Source: Camelus dromedarius
Lineage: Eukaryota
Reading direction: 5' to 3'
DNA length: 64,000 nt
Assembly: GCF_036321535.1 (NCBI RefSeq)
Contig: NC_087436.1
Span: 17,856,001-17,920,000, forward strand
How positions within the stretch are numbered: the stretch's first letter is position 1; every line of letters starts with the position of its first letter. The position numbers and the translations under genes were made by a program. Below the pieces are notes generated by a model that was not told the origin of the DNA, ran no database searches, and was given only the letters and a program-made list of their open reading frames with translations. Shown piece after piece: positions 39,765 to 53,506 of this stretch.

Positions 39765-40660
39765 CAAATCCTAGCTCTCTGTTTTCCTCCTGCATTCTGC
39801 TTGCAGACTGAACAATGCCATATTTAGCTCTCCTTTTTCCCCCTCTGTGCCTTTATCAGCTTGAGGAAACCAAGTGATATTTTCAGCATTCTTGCTCGAG
39901 ATCTTCTTGGCCAGATCAACAAGTTCATTAGGTACCTTTTTATCATCCGAGTTATCGCAGGCAGAAATGCCGCCAGTTATTTTGCCACCACAGGCTGCTG
40001 TTTTCCCGTCGTTAATTACCTCTTTATTATTTCCCTTGCTGCCGTCCACCACCCAGTCCGAAAACTGACTCCACGTGTTTCCAGTTTTGATTGTGTTTTC
40101 ATTGTCGAGTTTTATTAAGGCAGCACTCGGCTTTCAGGGCAGTGTCTGTATCGGTTTTCTATTTCTGCTGAATCAACCTCCCCAAGCTTAGTGATGAAAA
40201 CAATAGCTGTTTGCCACAATTCTGCATTTTGGGTGGGCTTGGCTGCCCAGTTTTCTGGTCTTAGCTGCTCCCACTCAGGTGGCTGTGGTCATCCAATGGC
40301 TTACCTGACCGGGGCTGGGGAGCTGAAGGCGGCCTCACCCACGTGGGGGGAGGGGGGCTTGGTGCCGGGTATCTGGCAGGCCTTTCTCCCCACCAGGGTT
40401 GGGGGTGTCTCTCATCATCTGGTAACCTGTCCCGGGGTCCCGTGCCTGGCAGGCAAAGTGTTCAGAGACGGGAAGGACGGAGACTGCAAGACCCCGTCAG
40501 GCCCCAGCTCTGCCGACACACACGGTGTCACTTTGCTGTGTTCTAATGGTCAAAATGAGTCGCACGGCCAGCCCAACCAAGAGGTCGGGAAGTAGCCCCT
40601 GTTGCTTAGTGGAAAGAGCTGCAAAATACTGTGGCCATGTTTTTACAAATCCCTCCCCTC
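39765..40660 (-). mobile_element. ERVL-MaLR element: MLT1 5' LTR (about 40148-40660) plus adjoining internal region (about 39765-40147)
   Basis: LTR end tgtatcggttttctatttctgctg..caacctccccaagcttagtg and cacaattctgcattttgggtgggcttggctg; minus-strand peptide VPNELVDLAKKISSKNAE resembles MaLR-int ORF remnants. Confidence 0.75.
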
Positions 40661-41019
40661 TCAAATATTGCATATCTCTGAGCATTCTTGTGGAGGAGCA
40701 AAAATTATTCAATACTGTTGATCTTCTAAACCTGGGATCACAGGCTGACTGCCAGGGCCTCTGTGTGACTATTGGCATGTTTCAACATTTAAAACTCAAG
40801 GGATTTTTACATTAAACAGAATCCTGAATCCTGTCTTTTCTCTAACAAAGTGGAAGCCCTTGGTAATACCAGACTCGCATCTGCAAGCTCCCAGGGAGCT
40901 GGAGCTAAGTTGGGGGCGTCTTTTCCAGTTTGTCACCGTCCCCACCACTGCCTCTCCACTGGTTCAGACTCTGCCCCTGGATTCTAAGGCATTTGAAAAT
41001 GCCTGTGAATTCACGGCTC

Positions 41020-41190
41020 GTCCTCAGCCAGGGCTTTGGAAAAATCAACTGCTTTTAAAACTGCAGATTCCAGGGCATCACCTCAGATCCTTTGAATTGG
41101 ATTCACTGGGAAGCAGGGCCTGGGCACATGTGTGCTCATGCAGCTTCACACATGACTCTTTTATCCCCCCATCAGGAAGAACCACTGACT
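41020..41190. mobile_element. MER5-like hAT MITE
   Basis: ttaaaactgcagattccagggcatcacctcagatcc...gggcctgggc...agaaccactg. Confidence 0.65.
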
Positions 41191-44059
41191 CAAAGTCCCT
41201 GCAAATTTGAATAATATTGAATAATTGAGAAATGACTGGACTTTACTTATTTCTTGATTAAAAAAAAAAAGTCAGGTGCTTTCCCATTTATTTCACTTTT
41301 TTCTCATAACTTCTATGATGACACTAAGATAGGAAAATTAATGAATGGCTGGGAAATTTCATTTTGTCTACCTTCTCCATATTAAAAAACCAACAACCAA
41401 AATGTCAGCATTTATTACTGCTTCAGGGGTATTCTATTTACAGGAAACTCAAATAGAAGCAATAAATTTTAGTAGTGATCCTTTCACTAGCACCTGAATC
41501 TCTACCTGTTGGAAGATACCTTTATAGAGATGGGAGAGAATTGTGAACATTAATACCTGATTATCTGTAGAAGATGCTACGGAGATAGTATCATGTACCT
41601 TGAAATGAAGGTACAGCCTTAAATTACATTAAAGGGATGAGGAAACACAGAGACTGTATCTGCCCTCTTCCCTGTGTCTCAGAAAGCAGCTTCTTTTTTA
41701 TCATTTAATTTGAGTGAAATACTTTTACTTGACCATAATGACATTTTATAGTGTTAGATATGATCAGTGCTTATTTGAGTTTCTTTTGGAAGAACTGTGT
41801 TTGAAGGGCAGCTTTGTTTTCCCTGACCTGCCTTAGCTCAATTTTGTTAGCCCGGTCTTCTGCGTCTGTGTGGCACACACCCACAGAGCCATAAGCAGGT
41901 GCTGGGCTGCATCCTGGGGACACTGGCCAGACAGGCCTGCCCTCAGTGAGCCCAGGGGAAGAAGGAAGTTACAGTGCATTGTAAACCCCCTGAGAGAGAG
42001 GTCCTGCTAGCTTCTCTCGAAGTCAACTGGGAAAACACAGATCTTGCTGATAGCAAACATTTCAGAAACATGTTAGTTTCTGGAATGAATTCAGTGACGT
42101 CTGAACGTTAGAAGGGGGTAAGCATGTTATTTTCTTTCCTATTTCATACTTTTCGGTATTCATAGAAAATCTGACTATGACCTGAAAAGAGTTATAAAGC
42201 AGTTTCTTTAAAATTTCTACCAAAATCTCTCTTTTGATTGAAGTTTTACTGTTAATATTTAGTAAATGCATCTTATTTGTCCTATCAAGATCTTAGAAGC
42301 TGTGTGCATTCAGTATATTTGGCTAATCAGATTCTTTTCAGGCCTTGGAAATACTGCTGCAAATTTCTCTGTTTAAACCGAGCACCTGGTATTTTATTAT
42401 TAACTTTGTGTTTAGAAAATTATTCACTGTCTAGAGATAAGTAAATTTCTTAAACTTCCCCAAAGGTTTTCTACCACTTTATTAATTATGGTGATTTATT
42501 ATTTTGAAAATTCTTACATAGGTTAAAGGAGACATTTGACCTTTTATTTAAGTACTGGACATATTACTTACATAGTTTGTCAACATCCTGCTGCATTTGG
42601 GTCAGGGCCATGAAATTCATCTTTTTGGGGAGGTCTCCACTTGCACGAACTAGTGGATGGACAAGTTTAAATAAAATATTATCAAGGCCAAAGACAATAT
42701 TTGTACAAATTATACAGCACACTATTAAAAGATTTTCAAAAATTAAGGAAACCTTGATTTTTTTTTCTTATGTATCATAATAGCTCACTTTGAATAGGTA
42801 AGTCCCCAACTGTGAATCCAAGTAAGAAGTAGAACCGAAAACCATTTGTGTTAGCTCTTTCATGTATTATTACATGTTGTGGTTTTGTGAAGCAGAGTTT
42901 ATAAGGTTTGGGATCTAATGAGAGGCCGAGGCCCTGTTTGGTTTATAAATACGTGTGGGATATTATTTAGGTCTTCAGAAATAAAAGCTGAGAATCATTT
43001 CCTTATGTTATCAATTCCTCTCTGGGAAAGCTTATTAAAATGTAGACAATATAATAGTATATAATTTAGCTACATAATATACGATGTGGGTTGAGAGACA
43101 ATTACAGTGTTTTATTTCCCTGTATTTTCCATTTTAACTGAATGCGTTTTAGCAACAATTGGTTTCTGGCGGTAGCATTATTTTAGCTGTTTCATAAAGC
43201 TTTATAGCAAATTACTGTGTGTACCAGATAAAATAAATTCCTGATTTCACTCTTAAAAGTCATATTACAAGCAGGCATGGTTTTTTACTTTTATAGGTAA
43301 GCTGTATTTTATAACAATTTTTTTGTGCTGTCAGAATCTCAGTTCAGTATTGTCGTTCCTACCATTATTTCAGTGGTTTCCTCTGTATTTAAGGTTCATT
43401 TTATGCAGCAAATCAAGCATCTTCCTATTTGGTTCATAGTAAGCTGATATATACAGTACTCAATTCTGGGGCCACACGTCACCCAGTAAACAGCGTCTAC
43501 TTGAATGGGACCTTGTTGTGTTTTCCACGGACACAGTCCCTGTAGTGTACTGTCTCCCTAGACTATCCTACCTTGTCCTCTTGTTGGGTGAGTCTGGCCC
43601 TGCTCTTTGACCCTTCCAAATCCCCTCCTTGCCTCTCTTCCTGAATATGTAAATTCTTACTTTAGTCTGACACTTCTTACCTAACCTCACATCCCATTTG
43701 GTCATTTTTCATTTTACCCCAAGACTTTTTCTTCCCGTACCAAAGAGACTAGAAAATAATCAAGCAAGCTAACAAAATTGTCTCTCCAGTCTAATTGTCA
43801 ACGTTTTGCATATTTACTACAAATTCCTTTTTTTTAAAGAAGGAATGTATAATTATAGGATTCGTAATCACATTTCCTTCCTCCTTTCCCAGATGTCACC
43901 ACTCTACTGGTGTGTCCCTTCCTACCACACATTTTATCTTTAACCACATTCCTATATAGTCACAAACAATATGAACTATTATTGCGTCACATGTTGGTGA
44001 TTTTGCATAAGTGAAAAGTAATGATTAAAAATAATCGAGGCATAGTGTTATAGATGAAC

Positions 44060-44960
44060 ATTTTAAAAGGCTTTTGTGAAGAGCACTTTGAGGTTCACAG
44101 CAAAATTAAGAGGAACGTGCAGAGATTCCCGTATGCCCCCTTCTCTGTACATATATAGCCTCCCCCATTAGCAGCATCGTTCACCGGAGTGGTAGATTTG
44201 TTACCAAGGGTGAGCTTACATTGACACAGTATCACCCAAAATCCATAGTTTACATTAGAGTCCACTCTTACCGTTGTGTGTTCTCTGAGTTTGGACACAT
44301 GTATAATGCCAGGCACCTACCACTCATCACAGTGTCATACAGGGTATTTTCACTGCCCTAAAAATCCTCTTTGTTCCACCTAGTCTTCTTTCTCCCTCCC
44401 CTACCAGCCCTTGGCAACTTCTCACTGTCTCCATGGTTTTGCCTTTCCCAGAATGTCATGTAGTTGGAGTCATACGGTATGTTGCCTTTTCAGACTGGCT
44501 TCTTTCACTTAGTAATGTGCATTTAAGGTTCCTCCATGTCTTTTCATGGCTTGGTAGCTCATTTCTTTTTAGCTCTGGATGGTATTCTGTTATCTGGATG
44601 GACCACACGTGCTGAAGGGCATCTTGGTTGCCTCCGAGTTTTGGCAATTACGAATAAAGTTGCTGTAAACATTCTTATATAGGTTTTTCTGTGGCTTTAA
44701 GTAAGTTCTTTTGTGTAAATACGAAAGAACATGATTACTGGATCATACGCTAAGAGTAATTTAGTTTTGTAAGAAAATGCCGCACTGTCTTCTAGAGCGG
44801 CTGTATCACTTGGCATTCCCACCAATAATGAGAGTTCCTGTTGCTCCACATCCTCGCCAGCATTCGGCGCTGTCAGTGTTCTGGATTTTGGCCTTTCTAA
44901 TAGGTGTGTAGTGCATTGCATTCTTTTAATTTGCATTTCCCTGATGATGTAGCATGCGCA
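44060..44960 (-). mobile_element. L1MC1/2-type 3' fragment
   Basis: gaggttcacagcaaaattaagaggaac..cagagattcccgtatgcccc...gttttgcctttcccagaatgtcatgtagttgga...tgtcagtgttctggattttggcc. Confidence 0.9.
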
Positions 44961-47239
44961 GATGCAATTTTTTTTCAATAATATTTAGCATTTAAATTTC
45001 TTAGTTCATTTTAATATGAAAAGCAGTCTGTAAATGTAGATTTTTAGCCTCAGCAACATTCTTTATCCTTTAAGTATTTCTGTTCTTAAAGCTCTGTTAT
45101 AGTTGGTGAACAATACCGTGTGTTCTGAATATTTAAAGAAAATAATATACGTGTAAGACTTGATTATCTCCATGCAAGCACTATACAGTGCATAGATGAT
45201 GCAAAATACATCTCTTTTGATCCAAAGAATGTGCTTTTTGGTACGGTTTAGTTTTTAAATTCTTATCAACAAAGATTATCTTATCAAAATTTAAACTGGC
45301 AACCTCTCTAAATGAGAGATTTTTCCTGTAATTGTGAAGAGAGGAAAGCCCCATATTTCACCAAAATAAAACTAAGAGATAAATGAGGAAAGAGAAAAGC
45401 ACAGGACAAAAAGACTTCTGAAACTACAAAACAGTATATTTTGAAAATATACTGTAAACAGAAGAGACAGGTAAATTTACCAAATTAATATCCCTAAACT
45501 AGTGCATTTCCAGTGGAAACGCCCATCTTTTGAATCCCGCAGCTGAACCACTGTAGCTGTGCACCGTAGACTCCTGGCAAAGCACCTGCCATCTTTCTTT
45601 TCATATACAGCTGGACCGGGCTCTGTCTGCAGTGAGCTCTTTGTCACGTGGGGTTTCGCTCTTTCTGCAGGACCCAGCCTGGCCCCTCGCTGCTGTTAAT
45701 TGCAAGTTGGATTGCCTCCAAGTCCAGGGGGAATGGCTGAGGGAGGCTCTCCTTGAGTCTTAGGAAGAGCCATGTGTGCTGCTTTGGTAGGTGAAAATGG
45801 AAATCTTCAGTGAAAGATAGACCTTGAAACTGAACATTGAATCAGTTGAGGTGTAACATGTCTTTAAAGTATTGACATGTAGCATAGCTTAGTTACGATC
45901 TTAGCCAAGCAAGGCTTTCTCGTGTAAGCCAGCGTGCTGTAGGGTACCTGCCCAGACAGTGCGTATGAGTTCACATGTCCCTTTCCAACCTGCTGGATCT
46001 ATGCCACCCAAGTCCCCTGCCTGAGGATGTCCTAGTTTCAAGAGAACCAGAGAAACTGCACTTTCTCAGCTGAGTGTCCTACCAGCCCCATGACTGAAGA
46101 GTGCCTCTCAGTTGTCAGCCATCCCTACTAGTTCTTCCATTGACTACAGTAAGTGTTTGGGCAGAATAGAGACTAAATGACATGCATTTTTAAGAAATAG
46201 GTTTGTTTAGTTCCAAATAAATGACTGTTTAATGTTCTCCTCTTGATAGCTAGGCATTTTGTCATTTTCTGTCTTGCTTTATATGTTGAGATTGGTGCTG
46301 ATGGTTGATATGTTTTTATGAGACGTTGTGATGTGCTACAAATAGACATTTTGAAGAGTAAAATTTGTGTAATTTGAAATTTAGAAGAGTGACTGTCTAA
46401 GGCTGATGCAGTCTTACAGTAGTTTACTGTTTCATCCTAACATATTGGACTTTTAGTTAACTTGCCTAATATTCTGAGAAAAAGTAAAGAAAACTACTGT
46501 AGCAGATAAGTTATTTTCTGAAGCCGTTTTCTCATTTCAGCTTACTAGAATTTGCAAATGAGACCAGAATAAAAATGAATCTGTCTGGCTGAGGCAGAGA
46601 TACTAGGAGCTGGGAACTCTTGGATAGTCTCAGGAAGGAATCTGGACAGAGAAAAGGACTTATCAGAAACGCAGTGTAGGTGGAAGGATTTTTAGTGGTG
46701 CATCCAGATTCTGACTGTATTTCTGGCTACAAAGTGTTTGATGGGATGTGGGTAACTAGATGCCTGAATGTTCTTTGCACCACCTGTAAAATCCTGCTTG
46801 CTCTAAATTTCAGAATTTAGACATTGAGAAATCAGCTATTTAGAATAAAAATATATCCTTTTGAGAAAACAGTGTCCCCAGTTCCTATAGGGGATGTTGC
46901 TATCACTGTTAAATTCTTAAGAGATTACCACAAGTTATGGACCCACTCTACCTCAAGTTTTCTCAAGATACAACCAGTTTTATCACTTAAAGCATATAGA
47001 TGGTTGTATTTTTCACAGTGGGGCACACTGGTATCTCTTCCAAGAGTTGTCCCAACCAGTTCTCCCCCTCAGAGCAGTGTTGCTGTATGTTAATTCCAGT
47101 AAGTTAGCATTCAGTCAGTGGTTGGTCTAAACATGCTACCATAAAAATTTTTTTTTGAAGTGTACAATTGAAAATACAGAATTGTGATTTTTTTTCCTTG
47201 TTCATGGTGACATCTGTTGACACCTGGTATATAAATAAG

Positions 47240-48260
47240 CAATAATTTTAGCTGTATGTAACAGAAAACTCAAGCCACAGTGGCTTAATCAAACAGATGA
47301 GTGGATAAAGATCTATATATATACACAATGGAATATTACTCAGCCATAAAAAATAATGAAATAATGCCATTTGCAGCAACATGGATGGACCTAGAGATTA
47401 TCATACTAAGTGAAGTAAGTCAGACAGAGAAAGAGAAATATCATATGATATCATTTATATGTGGAATCTTAAAAAAATGATACAAATGAACTTTTTTTTA
47501 CAAGCCAGAAATAGACTCACAGACAGAAAATAAACTATGGTTACCAAAGGGGAAAGGTAGAGAGGTGTAAATGTGAAGTTTGGGTTAAGCAGATACACAC
47601 TAGTATATATAAAATAAACAACAAGTTTCTACTGTATAGCACAGGGAACTATATTCAATATCTTATAATAACCTATAATGGAAAAGAATTTGAAAAATGA
47701 TTTGTGGATATATATGTATATGTACAACTGAATGACTTTGCTCTACACCTAAAACTGACACAACATTGCAAATCAACTATACTTCAATTTGAAAACAAAC
47801 AAACAAACAAAAAACCAAGGTCCATTTTTTTTGTCTCTAGAAAGGTAACCCCAAGGCAGGCAGGTAGCCTGACAATGTCATCGGCTCTGAGGATCTTTAT
47901 GATTTTCTGTTTAGCCTTCCCTTTGGTTGTCCAGCTTTCGTCTTCATGCTTGTTGCCTCGTGATGACAAAGTGGCTGCTACATCTCCAGGATCTTCCTAG
48001 GAACAGAGAAGGTAATAGGCAAGGAGATAAAGGCACCAGCCATTTAAGTCTGCTCACTTTTAAAGAGCTTTCCTGGGAGCTCCCACTGGCAACTTCTGCT
48101 TATATCTCCTGGGCCAGAGTTAGGTCTCTGTCATCTGCAACTGAACCAGGGGTTGGGGTATGTAGTTTCTCAGCTGGGGAGTGCTGCCCTGCACATAACA
48201 GGGGTCGTGTCACTCAGGAAAAATGAAGATAGACTAGACCAGGTGGGTAGATGGACCCCC
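47240..48260 (-). mobile_element. Old MLT1 LTR split by the L1 at 47291-47815
   Basis: ttagctgtatgtaacagaaaactcaagccacagtggcttaa on the left; caacttctgcttatatctcctgggccagag...tgtagtttctcagctggg on the right. Confidence 0.65.
47291..47815 (+). mobile_element. L1 3' end (artiodactyl-type)
   Basis: acagatgagtggataaaga...gcagcaacatggatggacctagagattatcatactaagtgaagtaagtcagacagagaaag...aaatcaactatacttcaat plus A-rich tail. Confidence 0.92.
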
Positions 48261-51200
48261 CCACACCTGTGTGCAGAGAGGCCAAGACGAAGCCCAGGAA
48301 AATGGCACGTGTGAGAGAAAGACATTTTTTCTCATTGATTTAGGAACAAGACAAGCTCTAAAGAATAGCAGAGTAGAAAGAAGTTAAGATTCTGTAGTCC
48401 TTCTTTTGCAGTTGATCACAGGGAGTTCTCAAATTCCAGCAATTTGTAGTGTAACAGAGGTGCTACAGACCCGGTGTTAGGGGGGCCTGGGGTCCGGCCC
48501 TCGATGTGACTCTGTAATGCTCAGCAAGCTACTTCATTCTTCTGGCCATAAGGGTTTTCTCCCTTGGACTCTAAAATGAGGTTGTGGAATGAATCACTGT
48601 GATCCCTCCAGGGGAAGAGATGTTTTGATGATCTGAGTCTGTTGCCTCCAATTTCCCCAGTTGGACTCCGAATCTCGCTCTTGTTGGCATCACCACACGT
48701 GAGGCTGACCACGTGTATGGAATGTCGGTGGTCACGGTTATGGGAAATTACCGTCAGGTTACTCATGAAGGCTTTCATGTGTATGGAAAGGAGAGCTAAG
48801 GTATGCCGTTCGTTGTTCTGGAATCCGACCCCTTTGAGACTCACCTGTGGCTCAGATCTGTGCCCACACAAAGGAAGTGGCCCTGTGAATTTGGATGTTA
48901 AAGTGTCATGTTCAGAGCTGAGGAGAAAGAGGGAGGGGGGTCCTCAATTTCACATGAGCGAGGGGACCTTCTCTGCAGACATTCCTCAGGCTGGTTTGAG
49001 GCATGCAGACACCAGTCACATTGGCATCCCAGTGCAGGATGCCCCCACTTCCTCCATACCTGTCTGCTCCTCCAGCAGAGAGCACGGTTATTAACCCGAT
49101 GACAACAGCCCTGTATTTAGGGGCAAAACGTGCCAGGAAGCAACTCAAGGAGAGACTGGTGGCATCACTGATGGGAAACCATGTGGAGGCTTTTGGAAGG
49201 TGGCTGGTGATGCTCCAGCCAGCCTTTAAGACTGCACAGGGTCCTGGACACAGAGAGCAGCACAGGTGCATGGAGAAGGCAGGCAGGACTCGAGGGGCAC
49301 GCGTGGCCCAGGTACAGAAGGAGCATCCTGGTAGAAAGTCTAGTCCAGAGGTTTGCATGATTTGCTACGATGAAATCATGTGTCTTGTCTGTCTCTCTTT
49401 TTTCCTCACCCTTCCCTCCCCCCTCTTTTTCCATCTGTCTCTTGCTGGCTTTAATTTAGTATTTTATTCTAAACAAATATATCTTTCTGTCCAGTTGAAA
49501 ATAGTGGATAGACATTTTGGTCTCTTAAGGCATTTGCCCTTGAATAAGGAAAATAAAAAAAGAGTTTCAGATAGAAATCTGAGCAACCTGAGGTTTCTGC
49601 GCGGAATAGAAGAAGAGTTGCAATGAATAATTAAACAAGTTATAGCTAATAAAATATACAGCATGTTGCTTCAAACTAAAACATTCTAACTCTGCCTTAG
49701 GGATGAATGCTTTTCATTATTTTTTAATTGTTGCCAGGGTTTGACCTTGAAGGGCTTTTCTGGCAGATAATTTGTTATGGTAACAATGAGATCACTAAGC
49801 ATTTTAGCACAAGCCGCGTGATGCATAGGGTTTCTTCCTGTTATATAATGGTGATGTGATAAGTCTGTTTTCCTGGGGATTTGTTCTTTCATTTCAATGG
49901 TAGCTTCTCTCTCACATCCTGTCTTTGGCAGGCTCCGTGTTGCTGTCCTATAGGTGGGTCTCCGTGGTTACGATGCAGCTCCCTGAATCCAAATCCTGTT
50001 TGTGCTTAGATGCCTGCTAACCTCTGAAGGGCCTGTGGACACCCAGAGGCATGTTCCTCCACTTTGATAAAATGGGCATGGGAAGATCTAGGATCTCCCT
50101 TCTGCCTTCAGGAAAATGGCATCCTGGGAGAGGATTCTTCCAGGAATAGAGTTGTTCAGACTTTGCCCTGATGACCTTTGTCACTGTTGAGTCTTCCTTT
50201 GCAGTTACTATGGGACCTATAATTGCAGAGTGCTTACTGATACGCCCAGCTCCCAGTACTTTTTTAGAACTGATTTTGAAAAGAAACAGTACAACGCAGT
50301 GAAATGTTTTATTAAATGAGTTCACAGTTCTCCACTTACATTGCGTCTTATGAAGAACAGATAATAGAACATTTTGGCTACAGAATTGATGAAAACACGG
50401 AAAGTCTGTCGTTTTTACCAAATAGAATAAGAAAAACCTGTTGTATGCAGTTGGGGGAAATTACATTCAGCAAATACAGTTTCTTGTTTGTTTAGCATGT
50501 GTACTGAATTTCAGGCTTGAGGAATAAGTTCAGAAACCATGCCTGGTGTTGATGTGCAGAATATTAGTAAGTTTCATGTGTGCCATTAGAATTAAAGAAA
50601 AACTTAATGGGGTCATGTGGTATGTCTTTATTCCTTTGTCAATAATATTCAGAAAAAATAAATCAGTAATACAATTCACATTATGCTTTCTTATGGGCAA
50701 AGAGAATCCAGTGTGCTTTTAAATACATATAAAGGTGTATACTGCACTGTGTATAAAACATATATATATATGAGTAAGTAAATTACTACCAGATATTCAC
50801 CTATTGATGTGAAAATTTTTAGCTTCTGTTAGTACATGTAGAAAATGTTGGTTTTATATTCTTAATATTTGGGTTAACAGGAAACATGCATTATTTATCA
50901 TATATGATCATTTGAATTCTGCTTTGAATATGTGGAACAGTAGATGCCAAGTGTAGTCTACGTAAAATTTATTGCTTTTCCTTCCCCCCAAATTGCCAGG
51001 GAGTCTTGGTTTTTAAAAGACAACAAAAACCCCTGTCGTTTTTACTAAGTGGTAGTTCCTTATTGCTGTCATTCAGCTTTAAAAGGTGCTTATTTATAGA
51101 CCTTGTGAAGTCAAACTGTGTCCTTGGATTACAGTGTTAAAGTTGTAAACTTAGCTCCTTTGCACTGGTGATGTTGGTTTACATTTTGGTGTGGCGAATC

Positions 51201-51638
51201 CAGAGTCACACAGCTGCTGTTTAACATTTCATAAAACTTTGTAAAATTGTGGCAAAGCCGTCGTGTTTAATTTCAGACCCATTCAAAATAGAGAAAACCC
51301 ATAATTGTTAACCAGAGGCCCAAGTGTGAAATCTTTCTAAAAGAAACCAGGATCGACTACATTTCTCGGCTACTGTAAACTGGAGCCTAGGAAAGTTATA
51401 ACTGCGTTGTCTTGATTTACTTGAAGGTAAAACACCTCTTCCTGCAGTGGATTTATCGCCATCCTTATTGCCTAAGGCTTGGTTTTTCTCAGCTCAGAAA
51501 GGAAAATGCTAGACAATCATTCAATATTGCAGCTTTAGTTCATATTATTATAGCCACTTTTTATGCAGTTTAATGAAACATGCAGCATGATGATGGTTCA
51601 TTCTACCCTACATGTTATCCTGTATTAAAATAATCAAA

Positions 51639-51806
51639 GGGAGGAGATAGCTCAGTGGTAGAGTGCCTGCCTGGCATGCACAAGGTCCTGGGTTCAATTC
51701 CTAGTACCTCCACTTAAAAATTAGGTAAATAAATAAACCTAATTACTTCTTCCCCCAAGGGGGAAAAAAAGGAAAAAGAAGGAGAAAGGAAAAAACAAAA
51801 CAAAAG
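51639..51806 (+). mobile_element. tRNA-derived SINE (camelid Vic-1-like)
   Basis: gggaggagatagctcagtggtagagtgcctgcctggcatgcacaaggtcctgggttcaattcctagtacctcc; 12-bp TSD taaaataatcaa at 51626-51637 and 51807-51818. Confidence 0.93.
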
Positions 51807-52563
51807 TAAAATAATCAAGTTGTGAATATTTTAACCCTTGTCACAGGTTAATTTTGAGATGATTCTGAGAGTTTATTTATTATAGGCTTTATTTACACTT
51901 TGGGTAAATTATCTTTATCTTGTGGTTACAAACTGGTTTTGAAGATACTGTCTGTGAAGACATTGAGACTTTAACCATTTTCATTTTTTAGAATATGGGT
52001 GGGGGCAGGTCTTTTTTGTTGGGAGAGGGGGTAATACTGTTTCACTGCTTTATGTGCGGTCCTACTTTATTTATAAGATCCTATCTATAGCCTTCTTTTA
52101 ATATTACTTAGAGTGATTTACTTTAATCTTTTCTTCAAAACAGATCTCTTGGTTGGCAGTAAGAAGTTAGTAACCTATAAATAGATTGTGTTTTAAAAAC
52201 TCTGCTAAATTGATTACTGCCATTCATAGCATATTTTGAAAAAGAAATTACATTATAATTTAGAATAAAATACCCAGACTAGCCTATTGAATGTATAATG
52301 TCATGGAAATTATAGGCATTAATTTTATGTGCTATAAAAATACATAATGATTACATCTGTGTAATAGGTATTTGGTCCCTTAATACCCTGCTCACTGATT
52401 GAGCTGCCTGAGATTGGGAGACTTGGAGTTGGACAGATTTGTCTTTTGATCTTGGGTTGAGTCCTGGTAGGTTTTGTGAGTTTGAACAAGCCATTTCACT
52501 TCTGAGGCTGTTTTCTCTATGCAGTGGTTAAAATAGTAGGGCCTTTTATGAAAATTAAAAGAA

Positions 52564-53463
52564 GAGGCAGACCTCATTTTATTGCACTTCACAGATACTG
52601 CGTTTTTTACAAATTGAAGGTTGGTGGTAACTTTGCATTGAGCAAGTCTGTAAGCACCATTTTTTTCAACAACATTTGCTCACTTCATGTCTCTGTGTCA
52701 CATTTCAGTAATTCTCATAGTGTTTCAGACTTTTTCATTATTATGTTCGTTATGGTAATCTGTGATTAGTGATCTTTGATGTTACTCTTTAAATTGGGGC
52801 ATCACAAACCATGCCCATATAAGATAGCAAGCTTAATCAATGAATGGTATGTGTGTGCTCTGACTGCTCCACCAACTGGCCGTCTTCTCATCTCTCTCCC
52901 TCTCCTCAGGCCTCCCTATTCCCTGAAACACAACAATATTGAAATTAGGCCAGTTACTTAATTTCCAAAATATACAAACAGCTCATACAACTCAATAACA
53001 AAAAAGCAGACAACCCAGGCAAAAAATAGGGAGAAGACTTAAACATTTCTCCAGTGCAGACATACAGATAGCCAATAGGCACAACATCACTAATTATCAG
53101 AGAAATGCAAATCAAAACTGCAATGAGGTATCACCTCACACCAGTCAGAATGGCCATCATTCAAAAGTCCATGAATGATAAATGCCAAAGAAGGGGTGGA
53201 GAAAAGGAAACCCTCCTACACTGCTGGTGGGAATGTAGTTTGGTGCAGCTGTTATGGAAAACATTAAGGAGATTCCTTAAAAAACTGAAAATAGACTTAC
53301 CATATGATCTAGCAGTCCCACTCCTGGGCATATATCTAAAGGAAACTCTAATTTGAAAAGATAATGCACTCCAGTGTTCATAGCAGCAATACTTATGGTA
53401 GCCAAGATATGGAAACAACCTAAATGTCCATCAACAGATGACTGGATAAAGAAGTTGTGGTGT

Positions 53464-53506
<43 letters not shown>

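Noticed and set aside
48521..49626. Cluster of 100-207 aa ORFs on both strands
   Set aside because: No recognisable domain or exon structure; overlapping frames on both strands are expected from locally higher GC.
53105..53356. L1 ORF2-like peptide as a functional gene
   Set aside because: Short C-terminal remnant of a 5'-truncated L1.
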